Shown in pieces: positions 19,901-27,355 of a stretch of DNA of 32,000 nucleotides (its first letter is position 1; each line of letters begins with the position of its first letter). The stretch comes from Longivirga aurantiaca (GTDB lineage: Bacteria > Actinomycetota > Actinomycetes > S36-B12 > CAIYMF01), in NCBI RefSeq assembly GCF_042660085.1, contig NZ_JBHSTI010000002.1, forward strand, positions 628,414 through 660,413. The letters are read 5' to 3'. The notes below the pieces were generated by a model. That model was not told the origin of the DNA. It was given only the letters and a program-made list of their open reading frames with translations, and searched no databases. Both the position numbers and the translations under genes were made by a program.

Positions 19901-20430
19901 CGCTCGTGTCCTCGCTCGACAGCCAGCGCGGCCTGCGCCGCGTCGCCGCCAGCGCCGGGGACACCCTCTGGGAGCTCGTGCCCACCTCCGCCCGCGCGCT
20001 CACCCTCGCGACGCGGACGGTGAACGGCGTGCCGGTCCGCTCCGCCGAGTCGGTCCCGACCAACGGAGGCGACCCCCGAACGACCACCGAGGTCGACTCC
20101 CGCGTCGACGCCGGCCCGCCGGCGCGCACGCTGGTGCTGGCCGAGGCCGTCGACAGCAGGTGGCGGTTCGACGTCGCCGGCCAGGCGGTCACGCCCGCAC
20201 CGCTCACCGACGGCGACTCCCTCGACCCATCCGCCCAGCAGGTGCCGCTCGGCGGGGGGACGGCGCCGGTGCGCGTGTCCTTCGACGGCTCGAGCCGGTC
20301 TGCGTGGCTCTGGGTGCAGGCCGTGGCGGTGGCCCTCACCGTGGTGCTCGCGCTGCCGGCGCGCCGCCGCGACCTGGACGACGACAGCGAGGACCTCGGT
20401 GCCGAGGACCCGGCGGAGGTGACGGCATGA
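16909..20430 (+). CDS. very large membrane glycosyltransferase, GT2 (GT-A) domain plus multi-TM C-terminal region
   Basis: DVTAVLVAHDGARWLPAVLTALGRTTRLPDRLVAVDTGSTDETPDLL...WLLHDDSAPAPHALEALLR...GGFDPALPFFRDDVDLCWRARRAGHRV, followed by many hydrophobic segments from about residue 510 to 900. Confidence 0.85.
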   Translation: MSHDEPAPDSLEELRRLGEHVRDLSSELRGEAHDVTEIVATTSGTTGSLEPGTEVAREAADEAADAEAYLAPVVPSAPLDAVPLEDEDDDLPGIFHVDDHVDDRPPRRHDVTAVLVAHDGARWLPAVLTALGRTTRLPDRLVAVDTGSTDETPDLLSRAVEAGLVSSVVTAARDSGFGAAVARGIEAAATAPRRAVPLPDGADPDEPAVRWVWLLHDDSAPAPHALEALLRTADRQRSVDILGPKVRGWGNRSALLEAGVTVARSGNRWTGLERRELDQGQHDGDRDVLAVGSAGMLVRREVWDALGGFDPALPFFRDDVDLCWRARRAGHRVLVATDAVVHHREAAAHRRRDVHAGSPPHPERPHRIDRASAVHLMRAHASGLRGPLVTLRQLVGSLVHALFLLLGKDADAARDEWGAFRDSVADRSGLKASRARVAEAGAAPGAVPDKDVRHLLAARGAQARHAFDRVADLVAGREQADASRSVLDSTTDDPDGWYDDDTRPSRLRRLLSRPGTLVVLGLLVTTLIGVRGLLGEGVLLGGALVPAPEGAGDLWAAYTTAWHQVGVGSASDSPAWLLPLVGLAGVLRGSASAAVDVVLLLSIPLAGLTAWLALRGLTISAPARIWAVTAYATLPAFTGALSGGRLGTAAALVLLPWLIRSSARLVGVGRPVTWRRAFGTGLLLSVTASFTPVVWLMAVPLAVAAAFSVARSAPARIRLAVTVLLPVVLLVPWSLRVVREPALLLLEPGLVGPVDPTLSSLDVLLLRPGGPGMTPLWLGLGILVAGIGCLGVRGRRRQVLAAWAVGLVGLATGVVMTVVRVSVPSIDGSIAPWPGIPTALWGGALVVAVALTVDLIPRHLSGRDFGWRQPTVVALIVLLVLAPIGALALLVVGADGPLRRGDRDVLPAFVAAEMRGDDRPRALVLRRAGESAIVYDLMSVPEPQLGDRDVAPSLETSAVLDRLVARLAAGIGASEVDDLATHGVRYVVLADARGTEDPLVSSLDSQRGLRRVAASAGDTLWELVPTSARALTLATRTVNGVPVRSAESVPTNGGDPRTTTEVDSRVDAGPPARTLVLAEAVDSRWRFDVAGQAVTPAPLTDGDSLDPSAQQVPLGGGTAPVRVSFDGSSRSAWLWVQAVAVALTVVLALPARRRDLDDDSEDLGAEDPAEVTA

Positions 20431-21896
20431 GCGCCCTCGACACGGTCCGCGCCTTCGTGCGACGCCCCTGGGGCTCGGTGCTCGCGGGCACCGTCGCCGT
20501 GGCGGTCGTCGTCGGCGTCGGGCTGCTGGCGGCGCCCGACCAGGTCCCGGTCGTCGCCGAGCCCGTGGTCGAGCCGGTCGCGTCGACCGAGCTCCTCTGC
20601 CCGATCACCGTCGCGACCAGCGCGCTCGTCACCACCGTGAGCGCCGGGGTCGCGCCCGTGCCGGGCGTGCAGGACGGCAGCGCGAAGCTCGCCACGCTCT
20701 CGTCCACCCCCGACCAGGCGCCGCAGGTGATCGAGGCGCCGGGTGTCGTGGTCCGCGACGTCATCGAGGACAAGGTCTCCGCGCCGCGCACCGCGCGCGC
20801 CACCGGGTCGTGGGCGGCCGGCTTCGGCGCCGACCAGGTCGCCCGCTCCGGCGTCGGCGCGAGCCGGGGCCTCGCGGCCTCGCCGTGCGCCCGACCCATC
20901 ACCGACGGCTGGATCCTCGGCGGCGCCTCGACCGTCGGTCGCAGCACGCAGCTGCTGCTGGTCAACGACGACGACCGCGCGGCCCAGGTCGACCTCCTCG
21001 TGTTCGGACCGGACGGCGAGGTCGTGTCGCCGGCCGGCTCGGGCGTCGTGGTGCCGCCGCTCGCGCGCAGCGTGGTGCGGCTCTCCGCCCTCGCCCCTGA
21101 CCAGGCGTACACCGCCGTGCACGTCGTCGCGCGCACCGGCCGCATCGCGGTGTCTGCGCTGCAGACCGCCGCCGACGGACTCATCCCGCTGGGCATGTCG
21201 GTGCTGCCCGTCACCCAGGCCTCGCGCCGCGTCGTCATCCCCGACATCCCGAAGGTCGCCACCGCGCGCCTCCTCCTGCTGTCGCCGTCCGGCCCTGCCG
21301 ACATCGGCGTCAAGCTCCTGACCGCGGACGGCGCCATCACGCCGGTCGGGCTCGACTCGGTGTCGCTCGACGAGAACCGGCTCGAGGCGATCAGCCTCAC
21401 CGAGGCGCTGGCGGGCGAGGCGGCCGGAGTCGTCGTCACGTCCGACGTGCCCGTGGTCGCCGCGGTCGTGGTGACCACCGGCGGCGACGGCGACCTGCGC
21501 GAGGGCGACGTCACGGCCGGAACGCCGGCGCTCACCGCGCCCGGTGTCGTGGTCGGCCTCGACGTCGGCACCGTCAAGCACGTCGTGGGCATCGCCGCGC
21601 CCGGAGGCGCGACCGCCGTACGGCTCGACCTCTACGTCGGGGCCGGCACCACCCCGGTGCTCACGCGCACCGTCGAGGTGGGGGCCGGGCAGTCGCGGCG
21701 GGTCCGCGTCACCGTGACCGAGGACGGCTCGCTGCTCGTGATCACACCGCTGGGGGACGGCCCGGCGTACGTCACGCGCGAGGTCGCCGAGCAGGGCCCG
21801 CGCGGCCCGCTGCTCGCGCTCGCGCCCGTGCTGCCCACCCGGGCCACGACGACCGTGCCACCGGTGGTCTCGCGGCCGGGCTCAGCCCTGTCGTAA
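20427..21896 (+). CDS. DUF5719 family protein, single N-terminal TM, extracytoplasmic
   Basis: MSALDTVRAFVRRPWGSVLAGTVAVAVVVGVGLLAAPDQ... ATGA overlap with the GT gene; the conserved partner of the large GT in actinobacteria (from memory of the family). Confidence 0.7.
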   Translation: MSALDTVRAFVRRPWGSVLAGTVAVAVVVGVGLLAAPDQVPVVAEPVVEPVASTELLCPITVATSALVTTVSAGVAPVPGVQDGSAKLATLSSTPDQAPQVIEAPGVVVRDVIEDKVSAPRTARATGSWAAGFGADQVARSGVGASRGLAASPCARPITDGWILGGASTVGRSTQLLLVNDDDRAAQVDLLVFGPDGEVVSPAGSGVVVPPLARSVVRLSALAPDQAYTAVHVVARTGRIAVSALQTAADGLIPLGMSVLPVTQASRRVVIPDIPKVATARLLLLSPSGPADIGVKLLTADGAITPVGLDSVSLDENRLEAISLTEALAGEAAGVVVTSDVPVVAAVVVTTGGDGDLREGDVTAGTPALTAPGVVVGLDVGTVKHVVGIAAPGGATAVRLDLYVGAGTTPVLTRTVEVGAGQSRRVRVTVTEDGSLLVITPLGDGPAYVTREVAEQGPRGPLLALAPVLPTRATTTVPPVVSRPGSALS

Positions 21897-21913
21897 CGGC
21901 CTAGGCTGGCGCC

Positions 21914-22348
21914 GTGGCAGTGAAGCGGGACCGGCACGGCCGCGGGGTGCGTGGCCCCCTCGCGCCGTCGTCGTCCCCGGCGTACGTCCCGCGGATGGAG
22001 CGGTTCGGCAACCTCGTCGCCCAGGCGGTCGACCGGCTCGAGCCGCGCTGGCGCGCCCATGTCAGTGCGGTCGACATCGAGGTGCAGGACTCCCCTCCCG
22101 TCACGGCGGCGGACGTCGCCGACGGCGCCGAGGTGCCGCTCGCGGGGTACCGCCTGGCGCCCGACCGGCGCTCGGCCTCCGGGGCGCCGGTGACCGTGGT
22201 CGTGTTCCGCCGGCCGGTCGAGCTGCGCGCCCCTGAGCGCGCCGCCCGGGTCGACCTCGTGCGCGACCTCGTGGCCGAGCAGCTCGCCGACGCCCTCGGG
22301 CTCGCGCCCGGCGACCTCGACCCGGCGTACGACGACCCGGCCGACTGA
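21914..22348 (+). CDS. metallopeptidase-fold family protein (Rv3258c-like), degenerate active site
   Basis: MAVKRDRHGRGVRGPLAPSSSPAYVPRMERFGNLVAQAVDRLEPRW...RDLVAEQLADALGLAPGDLDPAYDD. Synteny with DUF3499. Confidence 0.65.
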   Translation: MAVKRDRHGRGVRGPLAPSSSPAYVPRMERFGNLVAQAVDRLEPRWRAHVSAVDIEVQDSPPVTAADVADGAEVPLAGYRLAPDRRSASGAPVTVVVFRRPVELRAPERAARVDLVRDLVAEQLADALGLAPGDLDPAYDDPAD

Positions 22349-22369
22349 GGTCGTGGCGCCCCCGCCGGA

Positions 22370-24574
22370 CTAGCGCAGGGGGAGCAGCTCGCGCTCGAGG
22401 TACGGCGTCAGCAGGACGCTGAACGTGCCCGTCAGGTGGTTCGCGTCGCGGTAGACCCGCACGCCGCCCACCGCCACCGGGCAGGTGCCGTCGGCGCAGA
22501 AGTACCGCGTGAGGTCGAGCACCCGCAGGCCCAGCGCCGCCGCCGCGTCGCGCCGCCCGTCGTCGTTCCTCATCGCCGCGGCCTTCGTGGGCGAGCAGCG
22601 GTTCACGTCGTCCGGGTGCGCCTGCGCGCAGGCCCAGGCGCCGGAACCGATCGACGGGGTGTCGCGCAGGACCACGACCTCGATGCCCGACCGTACGAGC
22701 GGGGCCCAGGCCGCCTCGAAGCCCGCCGCGGAGACCTGGTCGGGGTCGGCCGCCGACCCCGTGTCGTAGGCGAGGCCGGCGAAGCTGGAGACCACGACCG
22801 TCCGGAAGCGTCCCGCGAGGAGGGCTTCCTGCACGCCGTGGCTCCACGACATGCAGCCCGCCACGTGTGCCGCCGGCGCCTCGCGCGGCGTCTCGGTGAG
22901 CGGGCAGCCCGAGCGCGCGAACAGGTGCAGCTCGAGATCGTTGCGCCGGGCCGTCGCCTCGAACGCAGGAAGCCACTGGAAGGCGTGGCTGTCGCCGACC
23001 AGTGCCACCGCGGTGCCGCCGCGCACGCCGTAGACGCAGTCGTGCACCGCGTAGTCGGAGCCGTAGGAGAGGCACGTGCCGCTTCCCGCCGTCTTGCTGA
23101 TGGGGGTGAGGTTCGCCGCGGTCTCCTCCTCGACGCCCACTGCCGGCACGACGTCGTCCCACGTGAACCGGGCGCACTCCGGTTCGACCAGGGCGCTCGG
23201 ACCGCGGCACGACTCGGCGTCCCACGTCGCGGCCGGCTTCGAGGTGGAACGTGGGCCGATCCGGCTGACGAGGTCGTCCTGAGCGGCCTGGTCCGCGAGC
23301 TGCCGCTCGTCGAGGCTCCGGCCGGCGCCCAGGCTCGCGGCCTGCACCCCGGCCGCGAGGACGAGCATCGAGGCGAGACCCAGCACGAGCACGCGCCGCG
23401 GTGGGAGGCGCATCGCCCACGGGTGGAACCGCACCGGGTTCTCGACGAGCCGGACGGTGAGCCAGGCGAGACCGGTGACGGCCAGCCCGACCGGGATCAG
23501 CTGCCACCATCGCAGGGCGGTGCGGCTGGGCTCGTCGGTCACGCCCCAGGCCGTCAGGGCGAAGGGGAGCAGGACCAGCACGGGCCAGTGCCACAGGTAG
23601 ATGCTGTACGAGGTCTCCCCGACCAGCTGGACCGGCCGTGCCGCCAGCGGTCGCGCGAGCGACCAGCGAGCCTGCGGGTCGCGTGCCCAGATGAGCAGCG
23701 CGGTCGCGGCCACCGGGACGACGGCGTTGAGGCCGGGGAAGCCGAGCTCCACGCGGAACAGCGCCATGTAGGCGAGCAGCACCGCCCATCCGACGTACGA
23801 CGCGGCCAGGCGCAGCGGGGAGTCGTAGCGGAAGGGGCCCGTGTCGCGCACGCCGGCGTCCCGGCGCATCGCGAGGCCGACCAGAGCGCCGGCCCCGAAC
23901 TCCCAGACGCGTGCCGTGGTGACGAAGTACGCCGACGGATCGCCCTGCGCGACCAGGACGGCCCCGACGACGAAGCTGGGGACGCTCACGAGCAGGACGG
24001 CGCCGAGCAGCGCGGCGCGCGGCCGGACGAGGCGCCCCACCCAGGTCGCGGCACCCAGGAGCAGCAGCGGCCAGAAGGCGTACAGCTGCTCCTCGACGCC
24101 GAGCGACCAGAAGTGCAGCACGGGCGACTCGACGCCGCTCGCCTGGCTGAAGTAGTCGACGGACTGGGACGCGAACAGCCAGTTGGCGCTGTAGAAGACG
24201 GCCGCGGTGATGTCGGAGTAGAAGCGCTCGCGGATCGACACCGGCACGAGCACCGCGACGGCGACAGCCGTGACGCCGAGGACGGTGAGGCTCGCCGGGA
24301 GCAGCCGGCGCGCGCGCCGTGCCCAGAACCGCCCGAGGCCGATCGATCCTGTGCGGTCGAGCTCGCCGAACAGGTGGCTCGAGATGAGGTAGCCCGAGAG
24401 CACGAAGAACACGTCGACGCCGACGAGCCCGCCCGAGAGCAGCGCCGGGTTGGCGTGGTAGACGAAGACCCCGAGCACGGCCAGGGCCCGCACGGCCTGG
24501 AGGTCGGGGCGCAGGTCCGAGCGCGTGGACGCGCGGACGGGAGCGCGCCGTGATGGTGGCGCGAGTGCGGCCAT
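22370..24574 (-). CDS. acyltransferase-3 family membrane protein with C-terminal SGNH hydrolase-like domain (OafA-like)
   Basis: RSDLRPDLQAVRALAVLGVFVYHANPALLSGGLVGVDVFFVLSGYLISSHLF..., and C-terminal TAVALVGDSHAFQWLPAFEATARRNDL... with YRDANHLTG. Confidence 0.92.
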   Translation of the reverse strand: MAALAPPSRRAPVRASTRSDLRPDLQAVRALAVLGVFVYHANPALLSGGLVGVDVFFVLSGYLISSHLFGELDRTGSIGLGRFWARRARRLLPASLTVLGVTAVAVAVLVPVSIRERFYSDITAAVFYSANWLFASQSVDYFSQASGVESPVLHFWSLGVEEQLYAFWPLLLLGAATWVGRLVRPRAALLGAVLLVSVPSFVVGAVLVAQGDPSAYFVTTARVWEFGAGALVGLAMRRDAGVRDTGPFRYDSPLRLAASYVGWAVLLAYMALFRVELGFPGLNAVVPVAATALLIWARDPQARWSLARPLAARPVQLVGETSYSIYLWHWPVLVLLPFALTAWGVTDEPSRTALRWWQLIPVGLAVTGLAWLTVRLVENPVRFHPWAMRLPPRRVLVLGLASMLVLAAGVQAASLGAGRSLDERQLADQAAQDDLVSRIGPRSTSKPAATWDAESCRGPSALVEPECARFTWDDVVPAVGVEEETAANLTPISKTAGSGTCLSYGSDYAVHDCVYGVRGGTAVALVGDSHAFQWLPAFEATARRNDLELHLFARSGCPLTETPREAPAAHVAGCMSWSHGVQEALLAGRFRTVVVSSFAGLAYDTGSAADPDQVSAAGFEAAWAPLVRSGIEVVVLRDTPSIGSGAWACAQAHPDDVNRCSPTKAAAMRNDDGRRDAAAALGLRVLDLTRYFCADGTCPVAVGGVRVYRDANHLTGTFSVLLTPYLERELLPLR

Positions 24575-24596
24575 GACGCGGTGTACCCCCCCAGCC

Positions 24597-24614
24597 CGGA
24601 CGGTAACCCGTCCG
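24597..24614. promoter_or_regulatory. dyad CGGACGG-TAAC-CCGTCCG upstream of the acyltransferase gene
   Basis: Perfect 7-bp inverted repeat with 4-nt centre, 23 nt upstream of the minus-strand start. Confidence 0.3.
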
Positions 24615-24828
24615 CTCCGGTTCCTCCGGCGAGGCCCGACCTGGTGGACCGGGCGCGGCGTGGCGCCCGAGTCGGAGGCCCCAGCACGGTCCTGCTCCGG
24701 CGTCTGCTCGACCGTAGCAGCGCGGCGCCCGCGGTAGCCCGTCGGCGCGGCCGCCCCCGGCGCACCGTGGCGGACTTCACCGCGTGGCGATGCGGGGCGG
24801 TGTCGGCGCACGGCCGTAGATTCGCGAC

Positions 24829-25179
24829 GTGAGTCCGGTCCGGCGCTGCTCCAAGCCCTCCTGCACCCGTGCGGCAGTGGCGACGCTGACGTACGTCTAC
24901 GCCGACCAGACCGCGGTGCTGGGCCCGCTCGCGACGTACGCCGAGCCGCACTGCTACGACCTCTGCTCGCACCACTCCGAGCGGATGACGGCGCCGCGCG
25001 GCTGGGAGGTCGTCCGGCTCGAGCCCGACCCCGAGGCGCTGCGCCCGTCGAGCGACGACCTCGAGGCCCTCGCCGACGCCGTCCGCGAGGCCGCCCGCCC
25101 GCGGGTGCCCGTGCCGGCCCCGGTCGAGGTCGGACGCCGCGGCCACCTGCGCGTGCTGCGCACCGACGTCGACGCCTGA
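24829..25179 (+). CDS. DUF3499 domain-containing protein
   Basis: VSPVRRCSKPSCTRAAVATLTYVYADQTAVLGPLATYAEPHCYDLCSHHSERMTAPRGWEVVRL with conserved CSKPSC...CYDLCxxH. Confidence 0.9.
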   Translation: MSPVRRCSKPSCTRAAVATLTYVYADQTAVLGPLATYAEPHCYDLCSHHSERMTAPRGWEVVRLEPDPEALRPSSDDLEALADAVREAARPRVPVPAPVEVGRRGHLRVLRTDVDA

Positions 25180-25419
25180 GCGTCACCGTCCGCACCCGGC
25201 CGTCCCTGGGTCACCCGCCGAGACGATAATCCCTCACGCTCTGTAGTGTTACGATCCCGACACGTAGTCACATCCGCACCATCTGACCCGTAACCCTCGC
25301 CACGTACCAGGCGCCTCTTCCCAACAGGCGCCCGCACCCGTACTGTCGGCTCACGGCGCGTGGGGCGCCGCTCGCACGTGATCGGGGACCGCACGACGAA
25401 GGGATGGGGGACGACCTCC

Positions 25420-25665
25420 ATGGCCCGCAGCTCTCAGGCCGCCGAGCCCGCACAGCTCGGCTCGCTGACCCAGCGAGGCGCCCGCACGGGCGCCTACTGC
25501 CGCGTGTGCGACTCCGAGCGCGTCACGCGCATCTCGATGGAGCTCACCGACGGCTCCCAGGTCGACTTCACCCACTGCCTCGAGTGCGAGAACCGCACCT
25601 GGCAGCAGGGCGACGAGGTGCTCTCGGTCGAGCACGTGCTCTCGCGCGCCCGCAAGAACACCTGA
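25420..25665 (+). CDS. small Cys4 (zinc-ribbon-like) protein of unknown function
   Basis: MARSSQAAEPAQLGSLTQRGARTGAYCRVCDSERVTRISMELTDGSQVDFTHCLECENRTWQQGDEVLSVEHVLSRARKNT with paired CxxC motifs. ATG 25420 chosen over GTG 25360. Confidence 0.7.
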   Translation: MARSSQAAEPAQLGSLTQRGARTGAYCRVCDSERVTRISMELTDGSQVDFTHCLECENRTWQQGDEVLSVEHVLSRARKNT

Positions 25666-25742
25666 GCCGGCCCGTCGCCGGGTGGGCGAGTTCACGCGTC
25701 GACCGGCATGGGGAGCCCTCCGCGCTGTGTAGGGTCGCTCCC

Positions 25743-27146
25743 GTGCTGGACGCCGATCTTCTCGACCGCCTCATCAAGGCGTACGACGTACGCGGCGTCG
25801 TCCCCGACGACCTCAGCCCGGAGATCGCCCGCCTCGTCGGCGCGGCCTTCGTGCGCGTGGTCGGCGCCTCCACGGAGGCGGGCGGACCGGGCACGGTGGT
25901 CGTCGGCCGCGACATGCGCCCGTCGGGGCCCGCACTCGTGGCCGCCTTCGCCGAGGGCGTGACCTCCCAGGGCGTCGACGTCCTGCTCATCGGGCTCGCC
26001 TCGACCGACCAGCTGTACTACGCCGCCGGCTCGCTCGACCTCCCCGGCGCGATGTTCACCGCGAGCCACAACCCCGCGCAGTACAACGGCATCAAGCTCT
26101 GCCGCACCGGTGCCTCGCCCGTCGGCCAGGACACCGGCCTGCGCGAGATCAAGCGCCTCGTGCTCGAGTGGTCGGGCACCGGGATCCCGGCGTACGACGG
26201 CCCCGCGGGCACCGTGACCGAGCGCGACCTGCTCGCCGACTACGCCGCGTTCCTCAACGCCCTCGTGCCGCTGGGTGCGAGCCGTCACCTCTCGGTCGTC
26301 GTCGACGCCGGCAACGGCATGGGCGGCCACACCGTTCCTGCTGTGCTCGCCGGCCTCCCGCTCGCGATCACGCCGCTCTACTTCGAGCTCGACGGCACCT
26401 TCCCGAACCACGAGGCCAACCCCATCGAGCCCGAGAACCTGCGCGACCTGCAGGCGAAGGTGCTGGAGACCGGCGCCGACCTCGGTCTCGCCTTCGACGG
26501 CGACGCCGACCGCTGCTTCGTGGTGGACGAGAAGGGCGCGATCGTCGACCCGTCGACGCTCACCGCGCTCATCGCGGTGCGCGAGCTCGGCAAGCACCCC
26601 GGCTCGGTGATCATCCACAACCTGATCACGAGCGCGGCCGTGCCGGAGATCGTGCTCGAGCACGGCGGCGTGCCCGAGCGCACGCGCGTGGGCCACTCGT
26701 TCATCAAGGCGCGCATGGCCGAGACCGGCGCCGTCTTCGGCGGCGAGCACTCCGGCCACTTCTACTTCCGCGACTTCTGGCGTGCCGACTCCGGGATGCT
26801 CGCCGCGCTGCACACGCTGGCCGCGCTGGGCGAGACCCCCGAGGGCACCACGCTGTCGAGCCTGCTCGCGCAGTACTCGCGCTACGCGATGTCGGGCGAG
26901 ATCAACACCACGGTGGCCGACCAGGCCGCCGTCGTCGCGCAGATCACGGCCGAGTACGGCGCTCGCGCCGGGGTCGAGCTCGACGAGCTCGACGGTCTCA
27001 CGGTGTCGGGCGACGGCTGGTGGTTCAACGTGCGGCCGAGCAACACCGAGCCGCTGCTGCGGCTCAACGCCGAGGGAAAGGACGCCGCGACGATGCAGTC
27101 GGTCCGCGACGAAGCACTCGCCATCATCCGTGGGGGAACCGCATGA
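25743..27146 (+). CDS. manB: phosphomannomutase/phosphoglucomutase
   Basis: LIKAYDVRGVVPDDLSPEIARLVG...TASHNPAQYNGIKLC (phosphoserine loop), LAFDGDADRCFVVDEKG, GGEHSGHFYFRDFW, RPSNTEPLLRLN. Confidence 0.94.
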   Translation: MLDADLLDRLIKAYDVRGVVPDDLSPEIARLVGAAFVRVVGASTEAGGPGTVVVGRDMRPSGPALVAAFAEGVTSQGVDVLLIGLASTDQLYYAAGSLDLPGAMFTASHNPAQYNGIKLCRTGASPVGQDTGLREIKRLVLEWSGTGIPAYDGPAGTVTERDLLADYAAFLNALVPLGASRHLSVVVDAGNGMGGHTVPAVLAGLPLAITPLYFELDGTFPNHEANPIEPENLRDLQAKVLETGADLGLAFDGDADRCFVVDEKGAIVDPSTLTALIAVRELGKHPGSVIIHNLITSAAVPEIVLEHGGVPERTRVGHSFIKARMAETGAVFGGEHSGHFYFRDFWRADSGMLAALHTLAALGETPEGTTLSSLLAQYSRYAMSGEINTTVADQAAVVAQITAEYGARAGVELDELDGLTVSGDGWWFNVRPSNTEPLLRLNAEGKDAATMQSVRDEALAIIRGGTA

Positions 27147-27355
27147 GCCTCGACCCGCTGCTGCTCGAGGTGCTCGCGTGCCCGTGCGAGCATCACGCGC
27201 CCGTCGAGGTCGACGGCGATCCCGCGACCGCGATCGTGTGCACCCGCTGCCGTACGACGTTCCCTGTGCGCGACGGCATCCCCGTGATGCTCCTCGACGA
27301 CGCCGCGCCGGGCCCGCACGGGATCGGCAACCCGGTCTCCTCCGTGGATGAGTGA
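27143..27355 (+). CDS. Trm112-like zinc-finger protein
   Basis: MSLDPLLLEVLACPCEHHAPVEVDGDPATAIVCTRCRTTFPVRDGIPVMLLDDA; overlaps genes on both sides (ATGA coupling). Confidence 0.9.
   Translation: MSLDPLLLEVLACPCEHHAPVEVDGDPATAIVCTRCRTTFPVRDGIPVMLLDDAAPGPHGIGNPVSSVDE

Noticed and set aside
17814-20426. Plus-strand ORF extension preceding DUF5719 in the 1360-aa track entry
   Set aside because: It is a +1/+2 frame shadow of the GT gene, Arg/Pro/Gly-rich. The true product starts at ATG 20427.
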